A stretch of DNA of 64,000 nucleotides. Origin: Octopus bimaculoides. Its lineage: Eukaryota. How positions within the stretch are numbered: position 1 is the first letter of the stretch; each line of letters opens with the position of its first letter. A program made the translations under genes and the position numbers. The notes under the pieces were generated by a model that did not search any database, had not been told where the DNA came from, and saw nothing but the letters and a program-made list of their open reading frames with translations. Below are positions 39,048 through 51,240 of the stretch, in pieces. Location: assembly GCF_001194135.2 (NCBI RefSeq), contig NC_068984.1, positions 145,041,050 through 145,105,049 on the forward strand, in the 5' to 3' direction.

Positions 39048-39302
39048 AAGGTGTGTGGCTTAGTGGTTAGGGTATTCGGCTCGCGATCGTAGGGTCACAA
39101 GTTCGATTCTCGGCGGCACGTTGTGTCCTTGAGCAAGACCCTTTATTTCACGTTGCTCCAGTCCACTCAGCTGGCAATAACGTGTATTACCTGTATTTCA
39201 AGGGGTCAGCCTTGTCAAACTCTGTTTCATGCTGAATCTTCCTGGGAAGTACGTGAAGGTGTACACATGTCCGTGGAGTACTCAGCCGCTAGTTGCGTCA
39301 AC
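39048..39302 (+). mobile_element. tRNA-derived SINE family D
   Basis: A box TGGCTTAGTGG, B box GTTCGATTC, then gtgtccttgagcaagaccctttatttcacgttgctccagtccactcagctgg. Confidence 0.85.
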
Positions 39303-39384
39303 ATGTACCTCCTTGCGACAATGTAGCCTTTAATCTAATCAAGATATACTTGATCTGAAGATTAGCCAGCGGTATACATCTCAC

Positions 39385-39543
39385 CTGGATTTTACCACTT
39401 CTGAGGTTCCACTCGCTATGAAACGTTTGTAGCCTGGATTTTTCCTTCTCCATTCCGCAACTCTTGAATTCTTTTTCGCATACTCGGCAACCCTGGTCAT
39501 TTACCGAGGAATATAAAAAGAACTTTTTTCTGCTCATCGTTCT
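39385..39543 (-). CDS. Candidate exon of an unidentified minus-strand gene; probable start ATG at 39500
   Basis: Acceptor (T)14-ATCAG| and donor CAG|GTGAGA bound 159 nt. The frame from ATG 39500 gives MTRVAEYAKKNSRVAEWRRKNPGYKRFIASGTSEVVKS, with an internal 10-codon repeat differing at four synonymous third positions. Confidence 0.5.
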
Positions 39544-39727
39544 CTGATAAAAAAAAAAAAAATAATCCGAAACCTTCCGTCTCAATAAACCACCGTTGTT
39601 TTTGAAAGTTGTTTTTTTAAAAATATTTACTATGGATTGCATGAAGCTAACCTTCTTCCTACACCTCGATCCCTAGATCTTACATTTAGACACACACACA
39701 CACGCACACATATATGAGAGAGAGAAA

Positions 39728-39763
<36 letters not shown>

Positions 39764-40807
39764 ACGGTTGTAAGATGAACGATGAACAGTGATCGAAGTT
39801 GTAAAGAAATATTTATTTACCGTTACTTTAATAAATGCCATACCACGACGGGTAGGTTAGTGTAATAGTATGATACAGTTCGTAAAGCATGCAAGGTAAT
39901 GAAAGTTAATTTCGGCCTGTATATGTGTGTACACGATCTTGTAGCAGTATATAGACAGAGATATGGTAATGTTACAGAGAAAAGAAAGTGAGCTAGTGAA
40001 AGTTGTAGGGTGTGTGACGTTGTCTCACAGCTGCTGGGAGTAAACTTCATTTCTCCCTCTGGCCAAGGTTCTAGCTGGTCAGCCAGGCTTCGTTCTCATT
40101 GAGTCATCACCGACTAGTGACTAAGCTAAATTTTGTTTAGGGTTTCCTTGCTTTTATAACTATCCAGAGGGATAGATATATTATTGAGAAAATAGATTTA
40201 GTTGGTGGTCTTGTTATCTCTATTCTAGATTTTGGTGGAGTAGAAGAGGTTAGAAAGGGTCAAGTGGTGAAGACATTATTTCGGCCTAGCTAAAGGCATC
40301 TGGAAAATGTAAAACTGCTGTAACAGAAAAACCATTGTTCCACCGTGGGAAAAGTTCTGTTGCAATGTTGATTTAAATTTGGCTATAGTTGAATCGAATC
40401 CACTTCATGCATGCAAGATCCACTACATATATATATATATACTTCACGATGAAGGCCGGAGGGTATATCAGCTGAAACGTTGTGTTAACAACAAACAAGA
40501 TGAGGACAAATATCCGTCGAATGTAAATAATGTAAATAATGTGCTGGATCCTTGATTACTAAATTAGTTAACAAGTTGATAGCTAATAATTTGCTTTTGA
40601 CATAGGCACAAGGCCAAAATTTGAAGGGGAAAATCCGATTTTATCAACTGCAGTACTTGACTGATATTTTATTTCATTAAACCCAAAGGAATTTGGTTCA
40701 TTTTCCCTTTTTAATGGTGTAGTCAGCGAAGGAAAGGCAGCACTGAAAGCCCCTCTCAGGGTCTCCGTAACTGGAAGGTTGAAATGGGGGGAGTTAAACT
40801 GAGAATG

Positions 40808-40974
40808 CAGTGGTGTAGCTAGAGAGTGTGCCACTTAGGACAACCCTTGAGTTTGCTCCCTGCCTGGGCGGTATGAACGCCTATAAAGTTTATACTGCAG
40901 ACTTAAAAGTGCCACCTCCATAAAAGCGACGCCCGTGGCAGACCGCCCTTCTCGCACCCCTAGCTATGCTGTTG
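40808..40974. mobile_element. hAT (Tip100-like) MITE with 8-bp TSD
   Basis: TIRs CAGTGGTGTAGCTAG / CTAGCTATGCTGTTG. TSD TGAGAATG / TGAGAACG (7 of 8 match). Confidence 0.8.
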
Positions 40975-41902
40975 TGAGAACGAATTTTTGTTGTAGTGTG
41001 GATTCCGCTTTATGAACTTAAAGACCTGTACTGTGTTAAATCCTATGACTAATTAAGACTGTCACCCAATGATATTGTTAGTTTCTCCAAGAGGCTTCCA
41101 CACAGTTTCCGTCTGCTAAATTTCATTCACATAGAGTTAGATGAACCTAAGTTATGGTACAAGATATTTACCTAAAGTGGCGAGCATTGAGATTGAACCC
41201 TAAATAACATGGTTATGAAGCCAATACGTTAACCGAACAGCCAGTCTTTACAAAGAAAGACAGAAGGAAAAGAAAGTTTGCTAAGTTTGACGGAATTACT
41301 ATCAAGTGTTGGGTAAGATGTGAAACGGGGCGGAAAAAATACTGCAGGAGAATATGGATCGATATTTGCCAGCACTACATTGGTGGTTACTGTTGCTGCT
41401 GCCGAAATCTCTCCCTCTCTTACTTTCTCTCTCTCTCTCTTGTTCCCTTTCTTTTCTCTCTTTTTTCTCCCTATCTGTCTCTCTCTCTCTATCTATATAT
41501 CTATCTCTCTCTATCTATATATCTATCTCTCTCTATCTATATATCTCTCTCTCTCTATCTATATATCTATCTCTCTCTATCTATATATCTATCTCTCTCT
41601 CTCGCTAGTATTGATTAATTGAACAGATCTGGCGACGTTGTGTAAGAAAAAAGATGAAGAAGAAGAAGAAAGAAAGAAGAAGAAAAAGAAGAAGAAGAAG
41701 AAGAAGAAGAAGAAGAAGAAGAAGAAGAAGAAGGAGAAGAAGAAGAAGAAGAAGAAGAAAATCAAAAAGAAGAAGAACAAGAAGAAGAAGAAGAAAAGAA
41801 GAGGTGGTGATAAAAAGTAGATCTAATCTGGAAGAATGAAGAGAAAGAAAAGCATAAAAGAACTGAAGGAAAGAAAAGAAAGGAGAAAGAAGATGATCAG
41901 AT

Positions 41903-41933
<31 letters not shown>

Positions 41934-41984
41934 TTATTCTGTGTTGTTCCAATATATTCTGTGAGAGTTTAAGATATATTGATT

Positions 41985-42530
41985 CGATGATTCTGGTGGA
42001 CTAGTAAGTATTTATGGAGTGAGGAACAGTTGTACAGCCTGCTATTGGTCTGGCGATAATTTTTGAGTTGGTCTACGAATGGCATGGTATTGATCCGGTG
42101 CTAGTCTGGTGATAATCTGGCATTAAGCTGGAGTTGGTCGAGCCGTGGTTTGATGGTCTGGTATTCAACTGGAATCAGTCTGGAGATAGTCTGAAACAAT
42201 GTGCGGTTAGTTTAGTGATGATCTGATGGAGTTGATTGGTGTTGGTCTTGCAGTGTTCTGGTTTTGGTCGAATGTTGATCTGGTTTTGTTCAAGGGTTTG
42301 TCTGGAGTTGGTCTGATAGTGATCTGGTGTCTGTCAGATATTAGTTTGAGGATAGTCTAGTTTTCGTGTGGAGTTTGTCTGATGTTGGTCAAATATCGAT
42401 CTAGTGCTACTCTAAATCCAATGTTAGTCTGGTGGCCATCTGCTGTTAGTAAGGTTTTGATCTGGCATTAGTGTAGTAGTTGTCTGTAATTTGAGACTGG
42501 TCTGGTGTTGGTTTGTGATTGGTTGTTATT
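41985..42530. repeat. Old, highly diverged ~11-bp tandem repeat (approx. TGGTCTGGTGT)
   Basis: GTCTG/ATCTG recurs at about 11-nt spacing over ~550 nt, with a strong G+T strand bias. Confidence 0.65.
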
Positions 42531-43709
42531 TTTATTTGTTATCCAGTGATTTGAAAAATGTAGAAAGGATTTCTTTTAGAGTTTCATGGAACCTCCAAAG
42601 ATGATGAAAACGAAGTGGTTAATATTCTTGTTGAACAGATTGTGTTTTTACAAAATAAGGCAGTTTTCTTCTCAACGAATGACTCACATTTTTCTGATTC
42701 TTAACAAAGCTAAAAGAAAAACTGACAGAACCATCCTTCAATGTTGTCATAGCCCTACCGGTAAATGCAAGCAGATAACCCAGGTGAGTTCTTCAACGCT
42801 GAAATTTTGTCATGAACAGTTTATATATGAAACGTAATATCTAACATTGGTAGATTGCGTCCGAACTCAGTACAAAGCCATACAATTCTCCTAAAATCAT
42901 GGGGGTAAAAAAATTACTTTTGCTAGTTTTCTAACATCTCATTGGAAGAGCTCAGCTCCCACAAAGATCTGGATGAATGCGTAATATATCTCTCATCCAG
43001 AAAAGAGGAAACAGGTCAGATAGTGTCGGATGACCAGTAAGCCTAATAAGCTGAAGTTTAGGTCCTCAAAATCTCCGACCAAGATGCATCTATAATCCTA
43101 GTCGTGAAAGTGGACGATTGGAGGAGACTTCACAAGTGGAATATCCTTGGGCCTCTTCTCATCTAAATCCAGCCCCGGGTACTCGTTTATATTTTCTGCC
43201 TCAAGGTCATGGAACAAATCTTTGAAGAGAAACTGATGACGGTTTTATCAGGGGGTAAATGACCTGCTAAATGCTGCTCACCATTGTTTCTGTTATGCTT
43301 AAGGCTTGACTTTCTTCAGGATACAGCTGCTCGATAAAGCAATTTTTCAATCAGTCAAATATAGATATTATTTGTCCTGACTTTCCAAAGGCTTTTGACA
43401 AAGTTAAGCATTAGGTATGCACTATGGTTACATGGTCTTGACATCTTTGGAAAATTAAGAAACATTTTAAGACATTTTAAGGATGAATAAACTACAGCTT
43501 TTCAAAACGCCAACAACTCAAAATGGAGTGCGACAGTGAACTGTATTGGCCCCGTTACTGTTTTCAATAACTCTTTATTTCTCATACATATCCACGGTAA
43601 TTTAGCACAGCTGTCACTGCCTGACCATGCTGATAGGACCAGAATATCAAAGTCTCAGCGATATCAAAATTTTGCTGCCCTGTACAAGTGAATAAATTCA
43701 TTCTTATTT

Positions 43710-43905
43710 TGGCACAAGGTTAGCAATTTTGAGAGCTGTGTGCAAGTCGATTCATTGACCCCAGTACTTGACTGGTACTTCATTTTATCGATCTCAAATG
43801 ACGAAAGGCAAATTTCGTCATTTGGCAGCATTTGAACTCAGAACATAAAACCGGAAGAAATACCGCTAAGCATTTTGTCCGGCGTGCTAACGCTTCTGCC
43901 AGCGC
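43710..43905 (-). mobile_element. SINE family C
   Basis: Reverse complement of 25497-25672 (gaccccagtacttgactggtacttcattttatcg...tttgaactcagaac...gcgtgctaacg.ttctgccagc). Confidence 0.8.
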
Positions 43906-44257
43906 GTTTCCACTGCTTTTATAAAAGAGAGAGTGTAAACAACAACGAAGTCAATAAAATACAATTGCAAGCAGTTTACTGCCTTTTCTTTGGCAATATT
44001 GTAACTTGGATACACAGGGCCAGGAGGAATTGCGATGCCTGTGTTAGAATCTGCGTTTCCTGTGAATATTACTAAAATGGCCATCCCATGGTGACGACTA
44101 TCAGGATGGATTCTGAGAACATTTAGAACAAGAGAACAAGAAGTCATGCTGGTTCTGAGAGAAATAAATCCTTCTGTCAATCAGATTATTGTTCCCAGCC
44201 ACGGTCCACTTGACTGAGTCATGCTCATTACTGAATTGGAATATTACATTTACATGG

Positions 44258-44445
44258 CACCTAGCAGAATCGTCAGTGCGTCGGACAAAATGCTTAGTGG
44301 CATTTCTTGCAGCTCTTTAGGTTCTGAGTTCAAATCTCGCCGAGGCCAACTCTTCATCCTTTCAGGGTCGAAAAACAAAAAATTCCAGTCAAGTCCTGAA
44401 GTTTGATGCAATCGACTTCTTTCTCACCTCAGAATTGCCAAAATT
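44258..44445 (+). mobile_element. SINE family C
   Basis: ctagcagaatcgtcagtgcgtcggacaaaatgcttagtggcatttc...ctgagttcaaatctcgccgagg...catcctttcagggtcga. Confidence 0.75.
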
Positions 44446-44751
44446 AGGAAGAATTTATTTTAGCAGCTGCGGTATACGGAAACGCTGGAAATGTTTAAGG
44501 CTCAACATGTTTGAACATTAGTGAGGAATTTGCCTAGAATTTATATACAGAAGATCTAGGAAGAACTGGCACCAAAGAACTGGCATTAAGATTTATAGAA
44601 ATACTCAAATTGGGTGCCTGTATAGTGTCAAGATGCTGGCATAGTGAAGGTTCAACAAACTACAGTTCTTTGTTGTGCTTCCCCCAAAATATGAAGGATT
44701 TTAATGGAAGAAATGTCAACAGAGCCAAACAACACTGGGACATTATATCTT

Positions 44752-45152
44752 GTACCTCTTCAGTCACTGGACTGTGACCATTCTGGAGTACCGCATTGAT
44801 TGGGTTTTCAGTTGAACAAGTCAACCAAGGTATTTATTCTTTTAAAGTCGGGCACTTATTCAATCGGTCGCTCTTACTGAACCTCTATGTTTAGAAGGAC
44901 ATAAATAAGCCAGCCAGCACCGGTTGTCAAGGAGTGGTCGGCAACAAATGCAAAGTAACACATGCACGCATGCACATAGATACACAAACACACGCACACA
45001 TACACACACACATACGACGGGCTTCAGTAATTCATTCCCTAAGCATTGGTCGGCCCAAGACTATTAGACACTTGTCTAAAATACTGCACTATGGGACTGA
45101 ACCCGAAACCATGTAGCTGCAAAGCGAATTTCTTAACCACACAGCCATGCGT
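44752..45152 (-). mobile_element. SINE family B, near full length, degenerate
   Basis: cttcagtcactggactgtgaccattctggagtaccgc at the 3' end through gggactgaacccgaaacc...cttaaccacacagcc at the head. Confidence 0.75.
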
Positions 45153-45653
45153 ACAACTATGTTGTTTTTTTAAAAATCCAGAATATACCTACAGCGCCAT
45201 CAAATACATATGGCAGGACAACTGTGTTAAACTCGTTTACCAGACACCTCAAACAAAATAAAGGATACAATAATATTGATGACAGTCCGTAGTATGCACT
45301 GTACATATTGAATATGACCCCCTTTGTCTGAATAATGTAGCAGTCAATTCGTAGGAAATGGTGGGGAGGGGGTTGTGACTATTTTCAGCCAATTAGAATT
45401 GTTATTCAGAAAACACTAACAAACAGACATTATTAAATAAACTTTACCAAACACATTTTATCCAGAGACAAGATTTAAAAGATTTCAAGTGACCTTAATC
45501 TTATTAAATATAACGATTTGTATGGCATCCTTTTTCAATTTTCACTGGCCAAATAAAATGATGGCTTTTTATTTGAGGGAAATTTGGCTGCTATTTCTAG
45601 AAGGTCAAGTGACTACGTGGAAGCCCTTCTTGTTTATAAGTAAATTAATTTAA

Positions 45654-45811
45654 GGGCTTAACTATACAAGTGATTCGCTCTCCCCACCACCGACTTTGTT
45701 TCCTCAACTTTCTGAAAAATGGATATTTTTAAATATAATTTTCCGCAGATTCATTTCAGTTGGCATAGATCACGATTATATTGGAATTTGTTGTAAAAAA
45801 AAGCAAAAAAC

Positions 45812-45843
<32 letters not shown>

Positions 45844-46509
45844 AACATTGATTAAGGTGGGTGATATTTCACGCGCCTTGACTTTGTTACCTCATACGTT
45901 AATAACAGTTGTGTAGAAAAAAATACTTTTGAGATAATTCTACCCGTCCCTTTTGAAATTTGTTAAATGAATGTTTTTTAATAAAATGAAATTTTCCAAA
46001 CATACCAGTATAATTAGAAGAAAAAACGTTATTTGAGGTGAAATTGTCTTGTATGGCTGATTTGGTATGCTATAGGCCTGGAAATTTTTATTCGAAAAAA
46101 TAATCCTTTTACAACATAATTGCAACCAGCATCATCAAAATTGTATGAGGAGACAAAGTCAAAATGTGTGACATACCCACACCCTCCCCCCAATTATTTT
46201 TACATTAAATTCTGATATAATCGTAATCTAAACTACCTGAAAGCAATTTGCAGAAAATTTTATTTAAAAATATCCATTTTTCTGAAAGTTATGAGAAAAC
46301 AAAGTCCAGGAGTACGAATTATCTGAAACTTCTCTGGTTCACCTCCAAAAAAAAGACAAAAGAAAGAATTTCCCAGATAAATTCCAATAGAATCAGAATC
46401 TATGATATCTAAAAGGTATTAGTTGAAAATTTCATTGAAGAATATCCATTTTTCTGAAAGTTATGAGGAAACAAATTGGAGAGGCGGGGCACACTTGTGT
46501 AGGTATGCC
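45654..46509. mobile_element. Nested foldback/MITE structure, possibly Kolobok-like
   Basis: Outer inverted arms (ctatacaagtg...ctttgtttcctcaactttctgaaaaatggatattt versus 46430-46509, also 46255-46305). Inner arms 45856-45897 versus 46141-46180. Both left ends read TTAA|GG. Confidence 0.6.
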
Positions 46510-47076
46510 GGTTTGATGTGGCTAAAGAATAATTGGGGACCACAACGTTAATATTCGCTCAGTCTCTAACTTGTGCAGCTGAATGTCAGCCTGTATATAA
46601 AAATCTATATTTTTAAATAGCAACACTCAGCTAAATATTGACTTCGCAGTCATGTCTGATGCTAAATTAAGAACTGCAACTGGTATTGCATACATGTGGC
46701 TAGTCGATGCTGGATGAACGGATGGCGGTGGGTGGATGGATGGATGGACGGATGGAAGTGGGTGGTTTTCTTTTTTTTATATATTCATTCGGGGTGTTTG
46801 TTTGTAACTTGTGTAATAATAACGTCAGTTTGGGTTGTCTGGGCGACAGAGCAATGCATTAAGTCAGTTAGGTTAACAATACGGGGGAATACATACGTTA
46901 TATATATATGTGTGTGTATATATATATATGTATGTATGTATGTATGTGTGTGTGTATGTATATATATTATATATGTGTATATATATATATATTATTTATA
47001 TTATTATTTAATTGAATGCCACGCATCCATTTCCAAGTATACACACACTCTCTCTCACACACACACACATATATGG

Positions 47077-47139
<63 letters not shown>

Positions 47140-47724
47140 TTTATTGTTTTGTTCTTTTGCATGTTTCATTACTTGAACTGCGGCCATATTGGGGCATCAC
47201 GTAAAAGGGTTGAGTCGATTAAATCGACCCGAACAACAACACCAGCAGCAGCAGCAACAACAACAAATGCAGCACTGAATTGTCATCATTGTTATTGCGG
47301 TTGTCGTTTTTGTTGTTGCTACTGTAGTGGTGGTGGTGGTGGCCATCGTCATCGTCGTTGTTTAACTTCAAGTCAACGTTGATTAAACAAAACTCCGATC
47401 AAGAGCCATTCCAGCCATAGCCATCCCACTTTTTTTTTTTTTAAGAGTATAAGGACTACATTATTTGACAGTCCTTCGGTATTGGTATACGACCTCATTC
47501 ACCCACACAACCTTCCCTCGTGACAGGTAAAGACGCTGAAAATGAGAGTGAACGACGTCGTCTCCTCAAACCGACGTATTCTGTAGACTAATACCGAAAG
47601 TATATCCATTATTAATGCATCTCTTCTTGAAGACGATCGACTTTGATTTGAGGGAGCTTTGACTGCCATTTCTACCCTGTCAAGCGACCACGAAGGAGGC
47701 TCTCCTGTTGACTCGGCCATCTTA

Positions 47725-47960
47725 CATTTATTTCTTTACTGCCGGCAAGGGGCTAAACATAGAGGGGACAAACAAGAACGGACAAAGGGATTAAGTCGAT
47801 TATATCGATCCCAGTGCATAACTGGTACTTAATTTATCCACCCCGAAAGGATGAAAGGCAAAGCCGACCTTGGCGGAATTTGAACTCAGAACGTAACGGC
47901 AGACGAAACACCGCTAATCATTTCGCCCGGCGTGCTAACAATTCTGCCAGCTCGCTGCCT
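47725..47960 (-). mobile_element. SINE family C, near full length, with variant 3' tail
   Basis: ccccgaaaggatgaaaggcaaagccgaccttggcggaatttgaactcagaacg...cggcgtgctaacaattctgccagctcgctgcc. Confidence 0.85.
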
Positions 47961-49164
47961 TATATTTGGCAATACCTATTCAAGTCTGCCGCCCCCGCGA
48001 ATTTGTTTCCTCATAATTTACAGAAAAGTGGATATTTTGTAATGAGNNNNNNNNNNNNNNNNNNNNNNNNNNNNNNNNNNNNNNNNNNNNNNNNNNNNNN
48101 NNNNNNNNNNNNNNNNNNNNNNNNNNNNNNNNNNNNNNNNNNNNNNNNNNNNNNNNNNNNNNNNNNNNNNNNNNNNNNNNNNNNNNNNNNNNNNNNNNNN
48201 NNNNNNNNNNNNNNNNNNNNNNNNNNNNNNNNNNNNNNNNNNNNNNNNNNNNNNNNNNNNNNNNNNNNNNNNNNNNNNNNNNNNNNNNNNNNNNNNNNNN
48301 NNNNNNNNNNNNNNNNNNNNNNNNNNNNNNNNNNNNNNNNNNNNNNNNNNNNNNNNNNNNNNNNNNNNNNNNNNNNNNNNNNNNNNNNNNNNNNNNNNNN
48401 NNNNNNNNNNNNNNNNNNNNNNNNNNNNNNNNNNNNNNNNNNNNNNNNNNNNNNNNNNNNNNNNNNNNNNNNNNNNNNNNNNNNNNNNNNNNNNNNNNNN
48501 NNNNNNNNNNNNNNNNNNNNNNNNNNNNNNNNNNNNNNNNNNNNNNNNNNNNNNNNNNNNNNNNNNNNNNNNNNNNNNNNNNNNNNNNNNNNNNNNNNNN
48601 NNNNNNNNNNNNNNNNNNNNNNNNNNNNNNNNNNNNNNNNNNNNNNNNNNNNNNNNNNNNNNNNNNNNNNNNNNNNNNNNNNNNNNNNNNNNNNNNNNNN
48701 NNNNNNNNNNNTTATGAATCACTACTATTTCATTGGATGTGGGACGGAGAAGAATGGATTTGCAGAGTCATTAGAGAATCAGAGAAAATTCCTTGCCGTG
48801 CTTGTTCCAGCTCTTCATGTTCTCTGTTCAGATTCCACTTAGGTTCAAGTTTGCTTTCCATCCCTCCATAATCATCATCAGCGCATGGACATTATTACCT
48901 TGAATTCTAGGAGTCATGGCGCCAGTTACACAATTCCCATGGCATACAAACGATCAAGTTCATACCATTTCCCCCTATGTCACATGGTTACTCATTTACA
49001 GCTGAGTGGACTGGAGCAACATGAAATGAAGTGTTTTGCTCAAGAACATGACACACTACCTGCTCCAGGAATTGAAACCATGATCACTGGGTCACATGCC
49101 ATTGCACAATGTACAAAAAAAAAAAAACATAGTCTCTTATGCTAGATGTTTTAATACTATTTCT

Positions 49165-49540
49165 GATTTTTCTTTGCTACAAGAGGAATGTCAAGTAAGT
49201 TTAAATAGATGAAACATCCCATGAAAAGAATGAAATGCAAATAAAGGTCCAAATGTTTCCCTAGTATAACAGGGTCCCGAAGAACCATTCTGTTGCCATT
49301 CTGTGAATTCCTTAAATAAAAGGAAACCAAAAATGTCAATGCTCTGCAACTCCAACCAGTATGACATAATCAAGTGTTTGGCTACTGACACAAGAAAATC
49401 AATATTGAATGAAATCAAAGCAGCAACAATGCATTCATTTCCTCTGGATGAAACTACGGATGTTTCCCCACACAGAACAAGCATCATTGTGCATAGACCA
49501 CGTGTCTGGATGGTCCATTGAAGTGTACGATAGAGAGCAG
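49165..49540 (+). pseudogene. Decayed hAT transposase, catalytic-domain N-part (DUF4371-like)
   Basis: QYDIIKCLATDTRKSILNEIKAATMHSFPLDETTDVS(...TEQASLCI) matches the hAT motif QNEII...A......I..EIK.A..FS...DETTDVS..EQ. Confidence 0.75.
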
Positions 49541-49885
49541 CGATGGGGGTCAAATTCATTTAGCTTACAGTTTCAGATGGAAGCATACATTATTTCTTGT
49601 GAGTTAGACTGGGACAATTATTTTTCAGAAATCCTTATTCATAACATAGGGTCAAAGTAACTGGATATATCTTATAATAACTTCTTTTAACAAGTGTGAC
49701 TGTGTAGGCAAAAGCATGGCTGTATGGTTAAGAGGGTTGCTTTGCAACCATGTGGTTTTGGGTTCAGTCCCACTGTCCAGCAACCTTTCAATATCATTTA
49801 TATCTATAGAATCCACCAGTTTGATTTGTCAAAACTGGGGTTAAAGAAAGCACTAATCTGGTTCCGATTCTGAACACACCAGCAA

Positions 49886-49916
49886 TACAGGGTGGCCCAA
49901 AAGTAGGTTTACAGTT
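49886..49916 (+). mobile_element. Isolated Tc1/mariner-type TIR end
   Basis: TA-CAGGGTGGCCCAAAAGTAGGTTTACAGTT. No partner TIR found. Confidence 0.5.
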
Positions 49917-50189
49917 ATCACGCAGGCACTTTAAATTTCTTTTAAAACATTTTATTGCATTTAAATTTCAGAGACATTTGAACTCAGAAGAAATGCCACT
50001 AAGCATTTTACCCGGTGCAGCAACAATTCTGCTGGTTTGTCACCTTAAGATGCAAAACATATTTCTAGGATTGAGATAAGAGAATAAAATTCCTGGTAAG
50101 AACAGATTGGTTTAAGAACAACTTTTTGTCTGCCACAACAGATCACCCTTTACCGAGTTTGCAAGAGTTCTGTCATGTGACAAGAGGTT

Positions 50190-50365
50190 GCATATTTCTA
50201 TTTCATCTGTCTTTATGTTCTGAGTTCAAATCCCGCTGAAGTCGACTTTGCCTTTCATCTTTTTGAGGTTGATAAATTAGGTACCAGTTGCGTACTGGGA
50301 TCAATTTAATTGACTGGCCCCCTCCCCCAAAATTTCAGGCCTTGTGCCTCGAGTAGAAAAGAATA
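50190..50365 (+). mobile_element. SINE family C (5'-truncated)
   Basis: gttctgagttcaaatcccgctgaagtcgactttgcctttcatc...gataaattaggtaccagttgcgtactggg...ccttgtgcctcgagtagaaaag. Confidence 0.85.
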
Positions 50366-50397
50366 TGTTACATATTTCAGATATTCTTGTTCCAGAA

Positions 50398-50810
50398 ATT
50401 CAGAGTGGCTCTGTGGTAAGTAGCTTACTTACCGACCACATGGTTCCGGGTTCATTCCCACTGTGTCGTACCTTAAGCAAGTGTCTTCTACTATAGCCTT
50501 GGGCTGACCAAAGCTTTGTGAGTGGATTTGGTAGACAGAAACTGAAGGAAGTCCGCCGTATACATGTATATATATATGTGTGTGTGTGTGTGTATGTTTG
50601 TGTGTCTGTGTTTGTCCCCTCAACATTGCTTGACCACCGATGCTGGTGTGTCTACGTCCCCGTAACTTAGCGGTTCAGCAAAAGAGACCGATAGAATAAG
50701 TACTAGGCTTACAAAGAATAAGTCCCAGGGTTGATTTGCTCGACTAAAGGCGGTGCTCCAGCATGGCCGCAGTCAAATGACTGAAAAAAGTAAAAGAGTA
50801 AAAGAGGGGA
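50398..50810 (+). mobile_element. Full-length SINE family B
   Basis: Aligns end to end with 36491-36894. Confidence 0.9.
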
Positions 50811-51084
50811 ATTAAAGGAAAGAATGAAGATAGGAAAAAATCACAAAGTCATTGTTTTGCTTAACTGTTCCATTAAAATGGCGAAATCTTGGCAACAAAT
50901 TCAAGTTCTAAATACACTCTGCAAGCTTTATGCCTTTGCAGAAGAGAGAGGTGATAACTTTTGACAGAATTGAGAGTATTTCCCTCAATCTAATCTCGTG
51001 ACCACCCCCGCCTCCCTCAGGAGTATGATAGAAAACAATAGCAATCTTGTCTTTGCAATTACGTTTATTTAAAGTTATGCAACT

Positions 51085-51240
51085 TGTCCAGCCACAACTG
51101 AACTTTCCCAATTTCGCAATGGTTATATATGAACAGCAGAATGTCTGAAGAAGAGAGAGACTCTCCAATTTCATGCTACTTAGCACCAAGAAAGACATCT
51201 CTGATAACGAAGAAATAATTATAGAGAGGTGAATACTATT
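51085..51240 (+). pseudogene. Decayed hAT transposase C-terminal dimerisation motif
   Basis: NFPNF...*RRERLSNFMLLSTKKDISDNEEII matches FPN...STM.QERLSNL.LLSIEKDI...D.EEII. Confidence 0.55.

Larger units (their letters stand above)
43006..44720 (+). mobile_element. Decayed CR1/L2-clade LINE ORF2, interrupted by SINE C copies
   Basis: Collinear RT motifs IQKRGNRSDSVG*PVSLIS, IDIICPDFPKAFDKVKH, GLDIFGKL, and ITKMAIPW*RLSGWILRTFRTREQEVM, then a C-terminal-like segment near 44470-44700. Confidence 0.75.

Noticed and set aside
39048-39120. tRNA-like sequences (also at 19790, 23558, 36491, 50398)
   Set aside because: They have A and B boxes but no complete cloverleaf, and they run into SINE bodies. 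They are SINE heads, not tRNA genes.
42700-42790. CAG|GTGAGT donor with a short open frame upstream
   Set aside because: Weak acceptor, unrecognisable peptide, and no other support.
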